The notes under the pieces are model-generated. The model was not told where the DNA came from and ran no database searches. It saw only the letters and a program-made list of their open reading frames with translations. Below are positions 62,895 to 64,000 of a DNA stretch of 64,000 bases, in pieces (positions within the stretch are counted from its first letter, which is position 1; each line of letters opens with the position of its first letter). The position numbers were made by a program, and so were the translations under genes. The stretch comes from Hypanus sabinus. Lineage: Eukaryota. The DNA lies in NCBI RefSeq assembly GCF_030144855.1, contig NC_082710.1:165540001-165604000 (forward strand), in the 5' to 3' direction.

Positions 62895-64000
62895 TCTAAG
62901 CCGGTCTTTTTTTTAATGATTGGGGCAGAGGCTAGACTGCACAGGTGTGTGACGTAGTGCGGCAAAGGTTTAAAAAGGAGTGGAAATTTTCAACTGTCTT
63001 TTAAATCGAAGCAAGAGGTGGAGGGAAGAAGTAAAGGCAGCTCGGAGAGAAGCCGTCTTTTTTTAAAGTGATTGGGGCACAGGCGAGACTGCGCGGGCGC
63101 ATGACGTAGCGCGCCAAAAGTTTAAAAGAAAGACCGCCATATACACAGGCCATCGTCGGAGTGGACTGAGGCAGAGTGGGATGGCTTTGGCTAGAACAGG
63201 CAGAGGCGAGGTCTGAACGGGGCACAACTGCGCAAGTGCATGGAAGTCGGCCTCTGAGATCAGGGGGAGAATTTAAAAAGCGAGCAGAAGCTGAGGACGA
63301 GCTTCACTCCAGGTGAGGCAAGTCCAGGTAAGCTCCTTTAATTAAGCTAATTAGCTTAAGAGTAGGCAATGGAGGCAGCAGTTAGGGCAGTCGAGTGCTC
63401 CGTTTGCAGTATGTGGGAAGTCAGGGCGAGCACAATTGTCCCTGATGACTAAACCTGCAAAAGGTGCATCCAGCTGCAGCTCCTGATAAACCGAGTTAGG
63501 GAACTGGAGCTGCAGCTGGATGAATTTCGGATCATTCGGGAGGCAGAGGCAAAAATAAACAGGAGTTACAGGTAGACAGTCAGATGGTCACCCCTAAGAG
63601 TCAGGAGACAGGTAGCTGGGTGACTGTCAGGAGAGGGAAAGGGAATAGACAGACTGAGCAGAGCACCCCTGTGGCCATTCCCATCAACAATAAGTATACC
63701 GTTTTGGATACTGTTGGTAGGGACGACCTACCAGGGACAAGTTGCAGTGGTTGTGTCTCTGGCACTGAGACTGGACCCTCAGCTCAGAAGGGAAGGAGTA
63801 GTGATAGGGGATTCAATAGTTGGGGGGGGGGGCAGATAGGAGGTTCTGTGGGAGAGATCTAGAGTCCCAGATGGTCTGTTGCCTCCCTGGTGCCAGGGTC
63901 TGTGATATCTCGGATTGAGTTCTCAGTATTCTCAAGAGGGAGGGTGAGCAGCCAGATGTCGTGGTCCATTTAGGGACCAATGACGTGGGTAGGAAGAGTG
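62895..64000 (+). mobile_element. CR1 5' end: two ~152-bp promoter-like monomers, 5' UTR and ORF1 (runs off the window)
   Basis: Repeat units start at 62898 and 63050. ORF1 ATG at 63369 (MEAAVRAVECSVCSMWEV...TCKRC) with an in-frame stop. Same subfamily as 37699-41110. Confidence 0.9.

Overview
Vertebrate genomic DNA, most likely from a cartilaginous fish and probably a ray (inferred from the repeat families: CR1 with esterase ORF1, Rex/Babar, Penelope-like elements, V-SINE-like and Tc1-like repeats). Most of the window is decayed, often nested transposable element sequence, and nearly all ORFs in the supplied track are TE fragments or their antisense frames. One host gene can be reconstructed on the + strand: a CD2/SLAM-family immune receptor. 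Its exons are IgV 8143-8475, four-cysteine IgC2 9476-9766, TM 12626-12748, a cytoplasmic exon with an ITIM-like VLYAVI at 15494-15567, and a terminal exon with the ITSM TIYDEI at 21250-21405. The leader exon is unresolved, and the simplest in-frame model needs a GC-AG intron. Other notable items: a hAT element with a perfect 8-bp TSD that carries two related mini solo-LTRs, each with its own TSD; CR1 5' ends built from ~152-bp promoter-like monomers followed by a conserved splice donor; Penelope-associated minimal hammerhead ribozyme motifs; an SGNH-bearing Penelope-like fragment; a 67-bp minisatellite derived from CR1 coding sequence; three further solo LTRs; and a RUNX/GATA-rich candidate intronic enhancer. 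No rRNA, tRNA gene or CRISPR array was seen. All identifications are by eye and no database searches were run. TE boundaries without TSDs are approximate.
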